Source: Thermoplasmata archaeon (GTDB taxonomy: Archaea > Thermoplasmatota > Thermoplasmata > UBA10834). From it: a stretch of DNA of 64,000 nt. Positions 43,554 through 52,872 of this stretch are shown in pieces. Where the stretch lies: contig JBFYNF010000045.1 of NCBI GenBank assembly GCA_041304525.1, forward strand, positions 7,479-71,478. The letters are read 5' to 3'. Every line of letters begins with the position of its first letter. The stretch's first letter is position 1. The notes below the pieces were generated by a model. The model was given only the letters and a program-made list of their open reading frames with translations, made no database searches and was not told the DNA's origin. The translations under genes were made by a program, and so were the position numbers.

Positions 43554-45041
43554 ATGGAGATGCGTGAGAAGAGGACTTGGACAGTAATAGCTGTCGCGGC
43601 CAGCGCGGTGGTGATACTGGCTGGCCTAGGCCTTCCCATGCTCCGAGAGAGCGTGGAGGCCGTCGGCGGTGACATACTGTCCCAGACCTCCGACACCCTC
43701 ACGGTCAGGTGCCTGGGACCTGAGATCACGCTCACCCTGAACGGCTTCGAGGGTGAGGTGACCTTCACAAACTGCTTCCCAAACTCCACACTTTCTGGTA
43801 ATGATGACCCGGCCACGATAGATGGGTCGAACATATCCTGCACCGTTCGAGGTCCCGAGACGGAGTTGCGTCTCTCAGCTCAGGTCAAGGAGTCGTTCAG
43901 GTTCGCAGTCATGGGGGACAGTCAAGGGCAGAATGGCATACTCGCGGAAGCACTGGAACGCGTCGACGGATGCGAGTTCATTCTCCACCTCGGAGACATG
44001 ACCCCCTCGGGGCAGCCGTCCGAATTCGACGCCTTCGAATCGACCCTGGGAGCCATCACGATCCCCGTCCTCACCACACCTGGGAACCATGACGTCAAAC
44101 TCGACGGGGGCGATGAGTATACATCCAGGTTCGGGTCCTCGGCGTACAGTTTCGAGTACTCTGGCATAAGGTTCGCATCCGTCGATTCATCGGATCAGGT
44201 GATCGACGAGGGTGAGATTGATTGGCTGAGGGACACTTTCAAGGGGGCCGAAAGGAAGGTCCTGGTCACGCACATGCCAAGCTACGATCCGTTCGGAGAC
44301 AACCACACGCTAGATGCTGCATCTTGTGACAGGATACGGCAGTTCGTCCTCGAAGAGGATGTGGATGCCGTGTTCACTGGTCATATCCACGCATTCCACT
44401 ACATGCAGATGGAGAGCACCGACTTCATCATCACTGGCGGCGCGGGCGGAACCCTGGTAGACGGCGTCCATCACATCATCATCGTGAGCGTTGACGACAC
44501 CGGCTTCTCCTATGAGAAGATCGACCTCGATTACGTCCCACCTACGTCGCCACACGTGCAGGTCATCGGGAAGGATGGCTCGACCCTCAACATCACATAC
44601 GAGGAGCTGATGCTCATGGACCTCGTGGAGAACGACTCGTCATACGAGAACCTGTACGGCAACATCGCCGGACAGGGACACTACAGGGGAGTCCTCGTCC
44701 GGGACCTGCTTGAGCTCGTCGGTGGCATGACCGAGGGAGACCTGCTCACAATCACCGCAATAGATGGATACATCCAAGAGTTCGGGTTCCTGAACGCATG
44801 CCCCGATGCGACATGGCTGAATCTGCAGGGTGAGATGATAGTCTCGGTCGAATTAGACGGGGTGCTGGCGCCCACATGGACTGAGGGCCCACGGATAGCC
44901 ATGCTACCAGAGGATGGCCTGTACAGCAACTCCGACTGCGAACTCACCTCGTACGAAGGGCAGGGATACTCGACGTACGAATCCGCGGGCGCGAGATGGG
45001 TGAAGAACACGTTCACTATCACGGTGGAGGCTGCAGCATGA
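43554..45041 (+). CDS. membrane-anchored secreted metallophosphoesterase with C-terminal SUOX-fold-like domain
   Basis: N-terminal TM. Calcineurin-like motifs VMGDSQG, HLGDMT, GNHD, VTHMP, GHIHAFH. The C-terminal YRGVLVRDLLELVGG...ITAIDGY... matches the repeat of 41496..43544. Confidence 0.7.
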   Translation: MEMREKRTWTVIAVAASAVVILAGLGLPMLRESVEAVGGDILSQTSDTLTVRCLGPEITLTLNGFEGEVTFTNCFPNSTLSGNDDPATIDGSNISCTVRGPETELRLSAQVKESFRFAVMGDSQGQNGILAEALERVDGCEFILHLGDMTPSGQPSEFDAFESTLGAITIPVLTTPGNHDVKLDGGDEYTSRFGSSAYSFEYSGIRFASVDSSDQVIDEGEIDWLRDTFKGAERKVLVTHMPSYDPFGDNHTLDAASCDRIRQFVLEEDVDAVFTGHIHAFHYMQMESTDFIITGGAGGTLVDGVHHIIIVSVDDTGFSYEKIDLDYVPPTSPHVQVIGKDGSTLNITYEELMLMDLVENDSSYENLYGNIAGQGHYRGVLVRDLLELVGGMTEGDLLTITAIDGYIQEFGFLNACPDATWLNLQGEMIVSVELDGVLAPTWTEGPRIAMLPEDGLYSNSDCELTSYEGQGYSTYESAGARWVKNTFTITVEAAA

Positions 45042-46114
45042 GGAAGTACTACTTCTCCACGAAGGACCTCGTGACCATCGCCTTGCTCTCGGCGCTCGGC
45101 GGAGTGCTGTCGACATACATCGGGTACCTCGGCAACATGGTCAACCACATCATCGGCGTTCCGTTCGGGGCGGGCCAGTTCTTGGCCGGACTGCACGTGA
45201 TATGGATCATGCTTGCCCTTGGCATCACGCGTAAGAAGGGGGCGGCCACCGTGACGGGATTCCTGAAGGGAGTGATCGAACTCTTCCTCGGGAGTACGCA
45301 TGGAATCGTCATAGTCATCGTTTCGCTAATCCAGGGATTGATACCAGACATCGTTCTGTTCAGTGACAAGGCCAAGGCGAACAGGAGCCCGATGTTCTAC
45401 GCACTGGCGGGGGGTTTCTCCGCTGCATCCAATGTGATTGTGTTCCAACTGTTCTTCTTCTCTGGCATACCTCTGTACCTCGTCGCGATGCTCTGCATGC
45501 TGGCAGCCGCTTCAGGCATCATCTTCGGAGGATGGCTTGTCCTGGAGATGCTCGAGTCGCTCGAGCTGTCAGGGATGATACTCGGCAAGAGGAGGGTCGT
45601 GGTGGACGACCCGAATGTCGACGAGAGCGTGTGGGTCAAGGGGAAGGCCGAGAAGCGCAAGGCGCTCACGGCGGTGATCGCCGCCACGATCTTCCTGTCA
45701 GCGTTCACGGTCGGCGCCGTATACTACTTCACATTCGTGTTCAAGCTCACAGAGGAAGGAACCATCGAAGTCTCCGGCGCGGTCACGGACCCATACACAT
45801 TCCGATACGAGGACTTCAGCGACACGCAGGTCACAGTCAACGCGGAGCTGATTGGCACCGTGACACACGTCGACCCGAGAAACTATACAGGTATCACTCT
45901 GAATGAAATCGTGAGTGAGGCGGGACCTGATGAAGGAGCCACCGAGGTCGTGGTCACTGGCCGGGACGGTTACTACGCCGTATTCGAGCTGGACGACGTC
46001 GCGGCGGACGACGGACTCATCATAACTCAAGAGGATGAGCTGTTCACGATAGTCGCTGCCAACTACGAAGGGGCATACTGGGTGGAGGATGTCGTGTCGG
46101 TCGAAGTGAGGTAG
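45038..46114 (+). CDS. ECF-transporter S-component-like membrane protein fused to an extracellular SUOX-fold-like domain
   Basis: ATGA overlap with the upstream gene. N-terminal ~190 aa are polytopic (STKDLVTIALLSALGGVLS...), followed by an extra TM helix. The C-terminal ~120 aa read YTGITLNEIVSEAG...VTGRDGYYAVFELDDV. ECF A and T genes follow directly. Confidence 0.55.
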   Translation: MRKYYFSTKDLVTIALLSALGGVLSTYIGYLGNMVNHIIGVPFGAGQFLAGLHVIWIMLALGITRKKGAATVTGFLKGVIELFLGSTHGIVIVIVSLIQGLIPDIVLFSDKAKANRSPMFYALAGGFSAASNVIVFQLFFFSGIPLYLVAMLCMLAAASGIIFGGWLVLEMLESLELSGMILGKRRVVVDDPNVDESVWVKGKAEKRKALTAVIAATIFLSAFTVGAVYYFTFVFKLTEEGTIEVSGAVTDPYTFRYEDFSDTQVTVNAELIGTVTHVDPRNYTGITLNEIVSEAGPDEGATEVVVTGRDGYYAVFELDDVAADDGLIITQEDELFTIVAANYEGAYWVEDVVSVEVR

Positions 46115-47578
46115 ATGCTCGACGTCATGGACCTTTACGTAAGGTACGAGAATAGGTCGAAGCCCGCAGTGGACGGACTCTCACTGCACGTCGACCTAGG
46201 CGAGTTCGTCCTTCTCATGGGCGACTCCGCATCTGGGAAGTCGACAGCCATGCAGGCCGTGTGCGGATTCATCCCCGACATCATACCCGCGGAGAAGAGA
46301 GGTGAGGTGCGGATAGGCGGACAGACGTATGAGGACGCCACTGCAATCTCCAGCGTCGCGTGCATGGTGCAGCAGGACCCTGAGACGCAGTTCTGCACGG
46401 AGACCGTCGAGGAGGAAGTCGCCTTCGGTCCTGAGAACCTGAACGTGCCCAGGGCGGATATCAGGAAGGCCGTGGATGAATCTCTTGCGAGCGTGGGCGC
46501 GTCCCACCTCGTCAGCAGGAAGCTCTCTACGCTCTCTGGGGGTGAGAAGCAGAAGGTCGCGATAGCGTCGATGCTCTCGGTGAGACCTCGGCTCCTCATC
46601 CTCGATGAACCCACATCGAACCTCGACCCGCGATCTGTCTCCGATGTCGTCGGAGTCATAGATGCCCTGAGACGGAGGAAAGAGATGACCATCGTGGTCG
46701 TCGAGCACCGGCCAGGAGGGTTCAAGGACCTCGCCTCGAGAGTCATGGTCATGGACAAGGGGATGCTTGTGCTGGACTGTGGACGGCATGATCCATCTTT
46801 CGCAGAGCGCATCGGGAAGGCCGAGGCGAAGCCTTCGCCACCGATACCCTCCAAGAGCGAACTGGCAGTCGTCTCGGTCAAAGGATTGTCGTACGGAGTC
46901 GATGGCACGAAGATTCTCGATGACGTGACATTCGACCTCAAAGATTGCGCTGTCGTGGCGCTAATGGGGGAGAATGGAGCCGGAAAGACGACACTTCTCA
47001 GACACCTCATGGGGCTGCTGACCCCACAGTCCGGAAGTGTCGACGTGTTAGGACATCCTCAGGACAAGGATGTGAGGACTGAACCTTGGGTCCTCGGGAG
47101 GGAAGTCGGGTTCGTCTTCCAGAATCCGAACCACCAGATCTTCGAGAGGACGGTCGAGAAGGAGATACTCTTCGCCGCGGAGAACTATGACGCACCGAAA
47201 GGCGAGGCACTGAAGGCGGTCGAGGAATTCGAGGCCTCCGAGGAGGTCAGAAAGTTCGTACACCCCCATTGCCTCAGCTTCGGTCAGAAGAGGAGGGTGA
47301 ACATCCGGTCTGCGTCGTCCCACGGCCCCAGGCTGATACTCATGGACGAACCGTTCTCGGGACAAGATGCCGAGAACGCAGAGGCCATCCGAGGGATGAT
47401 AACGAACCTCCAACGAGCGGGCAAGACGGCCGTCGTGGTCACGCACGACATACAGTTCGCGAAAACCTCGTGCACCGATGTCGTATTCATGAGGGCCGGG
47501 AAAATCGTCAGAACTGGTCCTGTGAGCAGCGTGCAGGAAAGCGAATGGGAGGAATTGTTCACCGGGGTGACCAGATGA
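46115..47578 (+). CDS. ecfA: fused duplicated ECF-type ABC ATPase (EcfA-EcfA')
   Basis: Two NBDs: Walker A GDSASGKST and GENGAGKTT, signatures LSGGEKQKV and a degenerate LSFGQKRRV, Walker B LILDEP and LILMDEP. Confidence 0.85.
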   Translation: MLDVMDLYVRYENRSKPAVDGLSLHVDLGEFVLLMGDSASGKSTAMQAVCGFIPDIIPAEKRGEVRIGGQTYEDATAISSVACMVQQDPETQFCTETVEEEVAFGPENLNVPRADIRKAVDESLASVGASHLVSRKLSTLSGGEKQKVAIASMLSVRPRLLILDEPTSNLDPRSVSDVVGVIDALRRRKEMTIVVVEHRPGGFKDLASRVMVMDKGMLVLDCGRHDPSFAERIGKAEAKPSPPIPSKSELAVVSVKGLSYGVDGTKILDDVTFDLKDCAVVALMGENGAGKTTLLRHLMGLLTPQSGSVDVLGHPQDKDVRTEPWVLGREVGFVFQNPNHQIFERTVEKEILFAAENYDAPKGEALKAVEEFEASEEVRKFVHPHCLSFGQKRRVNIRSASSHGPRLILMDEPFSGQDAENAEAIRGMITNLQRAGKTAVVVTHDIQFAKTSCTDVVFMRAGKIVRTGPVSSVQESEWEELFTGVTR

Positions 47579-48333
47579 CGGCAAGACTCCCTGAGGAGGG
47601 CACCCCCAGACTGAACCCCATCACCAAGGCGCTCCTGCTGGTGATGTTCTCCATACTCGTGCTCCTCGTGGTCGACCCGGTCCACATGTCCGCGATCGTG
47701 GTATGCGTGCTCGTAGCCAAAGAGCATTTCCACGCGCGAGGACTCGTCACAAGAGGCATCATTGGATTCGCGATGGCCATCTTCGTGGCGCAGATTCTAT
47801 TCAATCACTCAGGGGATGAGCTCGCGAGCTGGTCCGCATTCTCGGTCACGACAGGTGGCATCTACGATGGTGTGTCTATAGCCGGGAAGTTCCTGAGCTT
47901 GATCATGATGTCATGGGTGTTCGTCGCGACGACCTCACCCTCTGAGCTATCATCCGCCCTCACGACCGCGGGATTCCCCTACAGGTACGCGTTCCTGCCA
48001 GCGCTTTCCATGCGGTTCGTACCGGTGTTCCAGTTCGAGCTAGCCACTGTCAGGGAGGCGCAGGTCACGAGAGGGATGAAACTCGACAGGAGCATCAAGG
48101 GGATTGTGCGGTCCGCGAGGTACACGACCATGCCAATGCTCATGACGGCGATGTCCAGGGTCAACTCCATCACGGCATCCATGACGGGCAGAGGTTTCGG
48201 GATGCACAAGACCAGGACCCAGCTCCAGCCCATAAGGATGACTGCATGGGACCTCGCGTTCCTAGCCAGTTCGGCAGTATTCGTGGCAGTGACCTTCCTG
48301 GTCACAAGATGCCCGGCACTCCAAATCGCCTGA
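47575..48333 (+). CDS. ecfT: ECF transporter T component (CbiQ/EcfT family)
   Basis: ATGA overlap with ecfA. Polytopic, with the ..LSMRFVP....E...V.EAQ..RG motif region typical of EcfT. Confidence 0.8.
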   Translation: MTARLPEEGTPRLNPITKALLLVMFSILVLLVVDPVHMSAIVVCVLVAKEHFHARGLVTRGIIGFAMAIFVAQILFNHSGDELASWSAFSVTTGGIYDGVSIAGKFLSLIMMSWVFVATTSPSELSSALTTAGFPYRYAFLPALSMRFVPVFQFELATVREAQVTRGMKLDRSIKGIVRSARYTTMPMLMTAMSRVNSITASMTGRGFGMHKTRTQLQPIRMTAWDLAFLASSAVFVAVTFLVTRCPALQIA

Positions 48334-49080
48334 TCATCCGACCCTCAGCTCACCGTTCTCGATCCTCGTCGCGTATCGTAGGAGTTCGCTCCCGTTCGAC
48401 CTGAAGGGAGCGTAATGTCTGATGGCGGCCGACACGGTAGCAGCAAGCCCGTCCGTGCGGTTCCGTCCGGAATGGGCCCAGTAACAACTCGTGAAATGCC
48501 TTGCGAAAGAAACCTTCGCCGCGGTGAAGACAGGGTCAGTCATGAGTACACTGGCGCACAACTGTCCCAGGTCGTTGAGTGTGTCTGCGGACGAGGCTTC
48601 CTCGAAGTCGAGGCCGGTGATGCCGGAGGGGGTGATGATGAAGTTCTTGAGGACGGCGTCCCCGCGAGCAAGCTTGAAATCGAATGCGATGTGGAAAGAT
48701 GACATCCATTTGGCCAGGTTGTCCGCGAGTTCTCTTTGCGCCTCGGACAGATCGGCCCCCGAAGAGTGGGAGAACAACTCATCGAAGACCACGGCCGCGG
48801 ATTCGCCCTCAATCGGTTCCATCACGATCGCATCTTCGACCATGGTGACGGGTAGCGGCACGGGGACTCCCTTCTCACGGCACCAGGATAGCACACTGAA
48901 CTCAGCTTGGGCACGCTCCTTCCATTCGTCCCTGAAGACCTTCACGACATATTCCCTTCCGCCGACAGATGTTCTGAACACGCGGTTCTTCTTGCTCTGC
49001 ATGTATGGGCCGATGCGGCCGTTCCCCAAGTCGTGCAATGACATCTTGATACTCATCGTCACTCGCCCACGGATTCCCAA
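48334..49080 (-). CDS. protein-kinase-like fold protein (Bud32/RIO/APH-like, degenerate)
   Basis: N-lobe-like EYVVKVFRD...E..VL......GVPVP...V....IVMEPIEG and C-lobe-like GDAVLKNFII....ITGLDFEEA. The catalytic HxD reads RGD. Confidence 0.45.
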   Translation of the reverse strand: MGIRGRVTMSIKMSLHDLGNGRIGPYMQSKKNRVFRTSVGGREYVVKVFRDEWKERAQAEFSVLSWCREKGVPVPLPVTMVEDAIVMEPIEGESAAVVFDELFSHSSGADLSEAQRELADNLAKWMSSFHIAFDFKLARGDAVLKNFIITPSGITGLDFEEASSADTLNDLGQLCASVLMTDPVFTAAKVSFARHFTSCYWAHSGRNRTDGLAATVSAAIRHYAPFRSNGSELLRYATRIENGELRVG

Positions 49081-49268
49081 GACGCGTTCCCCCTATGCCT
49101 CCGCGAAATGAATACCTACTGTCGGTCGGGAACTCCGCGAGACTTCCTCAAGGGACCTCGGCTTGACCCCGTTTCGCAGATGCTGCCCTACGATCTGTGA
49201 AGTCACACTGACTGACCGAAATCTTTATTTAGCGGAAAGTCGGACTCACCGGGTGCGAGGGGGAGTCT

Positions 49269-50555
49269 ATGAGAACGACCTGTTCGAAGAGGATTATAGC
49301 GGCATTGCTGATTGTGACTGCGTTTTCGATGGTGAATGCGTTCGCCGTCGCGAAGCCGGACAGCTTGTTTGATGCGCCGGAAGATACATTGGTCGATGCG
49401 GAATGGACCATAATAGTGTATCTGGCTGCGGACAACAACCTGCAGCTCGCGGCTGTTGGCGACCTTCAGGAGATGGAGGCCGTCGGACCCATGGATGGTA
49501 TCAACGTCGTGGTCCTGATGGACACCATTGACATAACCGAAGGGACGCACTGGTACGCCCTCGGTGATGGCGAGACGCATTTCGATGCGGACGGCGCCCC
49601 GAGCATCTGTGACTGCGACGAGGTCGCAGGCGGCTCTCCTGGCGAACTGAACATGGGTGACCCGGAGACCCTGACCTACTGCCTCAAGACCGCTGTTGCA
49701 TTCGCCCCGGCTGACAACTACATGCTCATCCTTTGGGACCACGGAGGCGGCTGGTGGGGCGTGTGCTATGATGAGGGTTCACTGACGCCCACTGGGAGCA
49801 CGGACAGACTGATAATGGATGAGGTCCAGCAGGGAATCGAAGCATCTGGAGTCGACCTTGACGTCATCGGGTACGACGCGTGCTTCATGGGCATGATTGA
49901 GATAGCCTATGAGAACAGGAACCTGGCCGAGTACATGGTCGCGTCAATCACAACTGTGCCTGGAGATGGCTGGGACTACACGGCCTGGCTGGGTGGAATC
50001 GACGGCACTGACAGGAGCCCGTACGCCGTGAGCGAACTGGCTGCCTCGACATATGTCGATTTCTACACCATATGCATGGGCGTTGGCCTGGGCGGATTCC
50101 CTTACACTAGCATGGGCGTGTTTGACCTCACAACGGTCGAGAACCTCGTAATCAACGGCATAGACCCGGTGGCCGCGGCGCTCGTACCACTGACCGAGGA
50201 GTACTACCTCCGCGGGCCGATAGAGTCCTCGGAATCGCAGACGCCGCAGATACAGTTCCACGGCGAGGCGTTCCCGTTCACTGACATCGGACTGTTCATG
50301 ACACTGCTTGGCGAGAAGATACCAGAACTGAGCGTAGAAACCGCTAAGGCCGTCACACTGCTCGACGATACGATCCTGTGGTTCGACTATGTCGCGCCTG
50401 ACGCAGACATGTGTCTCCGGTCATTCGGGATGTCCATATACTACACCATAAGCGGGGACAAGCTGTACGACAACTACCTCACCAGCAACCTCGACATGGT
50501 GGACGACACGAACTGGGACGAGTTCCTCTGGGCCTTGGCGATGACGGCGGAATAG
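49269..50555 (+). CDS. secreted clostripain-family cysteine peptidase (C11)
   Basis: Signal peptide. IIVYLAADNNL, VVVLMD, catalytic His in LILWDHGGGWWG and catalytic Cys in IGYDACFMG. Confidence 0.8.
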   Translation: MRTTCSKRIIAALLIVTAFSMVNAFAVAKPDSLFDAPEDTLVDAEWTIIVYLAADNNLQLAAVGDLQEMEAVGPMDGINVVVLMDTIDITEGTHWYALGDGETHFDADGAPSICDCDEVAGGSPGELNMGDPETLTYCLKTAVAFAPADNYMLILWDHGGGWWGVCYDEGSLTPTGSTDRLIMDEVQQGIEASGVDLDVIGYDACFMGMIEIAYENRNLAEYMVASITTVPGDGWDYTAWLGGIDGTDRSPYAVSELAASTYVDFYTICMGVGLGGFPYTSMGVFDLTTVENLVINGIDPVAAALVPLTEEYYLRGPIESSESQTPQIQFHGEAFPFTDIGLFMTLLGEKIPELSVETAKAVTLLDDTILWFDYVAPDADMCLRSFGMSIYYTISGDKLYDNYLTSNLDMVDDTNWDEFLWALAMTAE

Positions 50556-50755
50556 GCCCGCCGACGCGCAAAGGGATTCAGGACCCGCACCGACAACTAG
50601 CGCGACCATTAGCATGCAGCGGATGCCTTCCTCCCCCTCGGTCGACTGGCGCCATACTAGCCCGCCAGGCTAGATAGGACTGTCGAGCTTGAGACCGGGG
50701 GGAAGCAGGGAGTATATATCCCACAACGACTAGAAACCCCACAACGGTGTGCTAT

Positions 50756-51196
50756 ATGGGATTCCTAGACAAGATGAGACCCGCCGGATCAGCCATCACC
50801 GGCGGCTCAGCTAAGGTGAGCATCGAATACCCGCACCAGCCAATGATGCGTGGCGATGCCTTGCCGGTCAAGGCGACCATCATGTCGATGGGAAAGGAGG
50901 TCAAGTCAGGGGGTGTTTTCGTCGACATCCACGCGACCGAAGCAGGACAGGTGAAGTGCAAGCACTGCGGCCAGATGACCCAGGTGCAGCAGGAGACCAT
51001 CAAGCAGGCGATACCGGTCGGGCCAGCATTCGTCCTACAGCCGAACGAGACCAAGGTCGTTGAAGCGACCATACAGATGCCAATGGGCCAGCTGTCCTAC
51101 AGCGGCCAGGTCAGACACGAGTGGAGGATACGCGCCAGACTGGATGCGTTCGGCAACGACCCGGACTCCGGATTCCAGGTAATCGAGATACGTTGA
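50756..51196 (+). CDS. Spo0M-like (arrestin-fold) protein
   Basis: N-terminus MGFLDKM....G.AKV and beta-rich sequence resemble the SpoOM family. TATA-like AGTATATATCC sits at 50711-50721. A GTG alternative start is at 50747. Confidence 0.45.
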   Translation: MGFLDKMRPAGSAITGGSAKVSIEYPHQPMMRGDALPVKATIMSMGKEVKSGGVFVDIHATEAGQVKCKHCGQMTQVQQETIKQAIPVGPAFVLQPNETKVVEATIQMPMGQLSYSGQVRHEWRIRARLDAFGNDPDSGFQVIEIR

Positions 51197-51267
51197 AATG
51201 AAAACTCTTCGGACCGGCCATGTTTCATCCCGCCGGCCCAACGATTTCATTCTCCGACATCGGCCAC

Positions 51268-52776
51268 TCAAGGATACTCTAGTCGTCTCGTATCGAATCC
51301 CTTCGCATACTCCCGGAGCAGAACAGCCATGCCCTTGCTCACCTCAGGCTCGAGCGGCTCGGGTGTATGAGTTTTCAGGAGTTCGTACATACGCTCCTTC
51401 GCACGTTCGTCGGCGCTCTTAGACCCTTTGGCGACCCACTGCTGCCTGGTCGACCTGTCTGATAGCCTGGCCGTATGGTGCTCATTCCTGAACTGCGTCA
51501 GCGTCTCCTTCCTCTTCAGGTAGTTGCCCTGAGGACCAGTCTTGTGGATGACGTCTACCGACAGAGTGCTCTCGTCGACCACGATGCCAGCAGCGATTCT
51601 GTTCACGTTCGAGGCGATTTCGTCATCAATAATCAGCTGAACGGGGGAGAAGGCGTTGAACGCCTCCGTAGAACCCATGAAGAGTTCGGCGAAGTCCGCC
51701 CCGGCCAGAGTGGCCATCAACGCCGCTTGCGTCTTCTCGTACGAAGTCTGAGCGTCAACCATCTTCGAGTCGCTCTGGACACCCATGTCGCTCGGCAGGC
51801 CATAGAACTTAGCGAGTTCGACCGTGCCGACCCCCAAGAGGGAGAACTCGGGCGCACCTGTGGCGGCGATGCCTGACCTCATGTCCAGAGGACATGAGAC
51901 GGACCCGTAGACGACCCTTGGGGATTTCGTGACGCACTTCGCTATCGCTATCGAGCTCAGTATCTCGGCGTTCTGCTGGACGAGCAGACCAGCCAGCGAG
52001 GCGGGCGCTGTCCCCCCTGCGAGCGCCATGACCATGATGAAGACCGGCAGGTCCATCTCCGCATACTTCAGGAGCGTCTCGAGCATGTGCTTGTCGTGCC
52101 CCAGAGGGCTAATCGGGTCGATGTAGCCCGGGAAGAGCGGAGTCTTCCTGAGGAGTTCCCTGTCCCCCAGGAGTAGCTCCGAGACGCGGAGCATGAGCTC
52201 GAACTCGATGCTGTCTCCGCTGCTCCCATAACTCGGCTTGGACGTGTGCATCAGACTCGTGACCCACATGACCATGCTCTGGGCGTCGGTATGGACGTCG
52301 CCCGGATAGACGGGCACATAGCCGACGGTGCATGTGTCCAGGGCGTCCAGGAGCCGGCTTATGAGGATTCCGTCCTTGAGGGTCGACGGCCGATACTCAC
52401 CCGTTTCGGGATCGATGTAGAACAGACACTGCGCCCCAGGGCCGAACTTGGTCCTGCCGTCGACGGCATCCACTGACCGGCTCTTATTTCTTGCATGCCA
52501 TCGGAAGTTGTGGGCGCAACTCTTGACCGCCTCCGCGACAGAAGACTCGGACATGCGCACGATCCTCGACTTCCGATCAACTGAGTAACCGTTGCTCTGA
52601 AGCATGTCGAGCACTTCTGGGGAGTCCACGAACACGCCTGTCTTCTCGAGCACTTCGAGGGTCGCGCCGTGAATCGCCTCCAGATTGGCTCTCCCAAGCA
52701 CCGTGAGCATGTTCTTCCCAGAAACCATGTGTACCTCTGCTCCGCCGATAGTGATGGCGTTGGTTCGGTTGACCAT
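51268..52776 (-). CDS. MttB-superfamily methyltransferase homolog (non-pyrrolysine type)
   Basis: 502-aa uninterrupted ORF with MttB-like sequence (LEAIHGATLEVLEKTGV..., MALAGGTAPASLAG). No in-frame TAG. Confidence 0.8.
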   Translation of the reverse strand: MVNRTNAITIGGAEVHMVSGKNMLTVLGRANLEAIHGATLEVLEKTGVFVDSPEVLDMLQSNGYSVDRKSRIVRMSESSVAEAVKSCAHNFRWHARNKSRSVDAVDGRTKFGPGAQCLFYIDPETGEYRPSTLKDGILISRLLDALDTCTVGYVPVYPGDVHTDAQSMVMWVTSLMHTSKPSYGSSGDSIEFELMLRVSELLLGDRELLRKTPLFPGYIDPISPLGHDKHMLETLLKYAEMDLPVFIMVMALAGGTAPASLAGLLVQQNAEILSSIAIAKCVTKSPRVVYGSVSCPLDMRSGIAATGAPEFSLLGVGTVELAKFYGLPSDMGVQSDSKMVDAQTSYEKTQAALMATLAGADFAELFMGSTEAFNAFSPVQLIIDDEIASNVNRIAAGIVVDESTLSVDVIHKTGPQGNYLKRKETLTQFRNEHHTARLSDRSTRQQWVAKGSKSADERAKERMYELLKTHTPEPLEPEVSKGMAVLLREYAKGFDTRRLEYP

Positions 52777-52872
52777 CCCCGCCCCAATCCCGGCGAGTGG
52801 GGAACCGACTACTGGATATTTAAATGGGGCATCCGAGGTCGCTACAATAAGCGTCGGACGATATCCTCTGAC

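Noticed and set aside
51268-52776. Possible pyrrolysine (in-frame TAG) in the MttB homolog
   Set aside because: The ORF is uninterrupted at full MttB length, with no in-frame amber codon. It is a non-Pyl family member.
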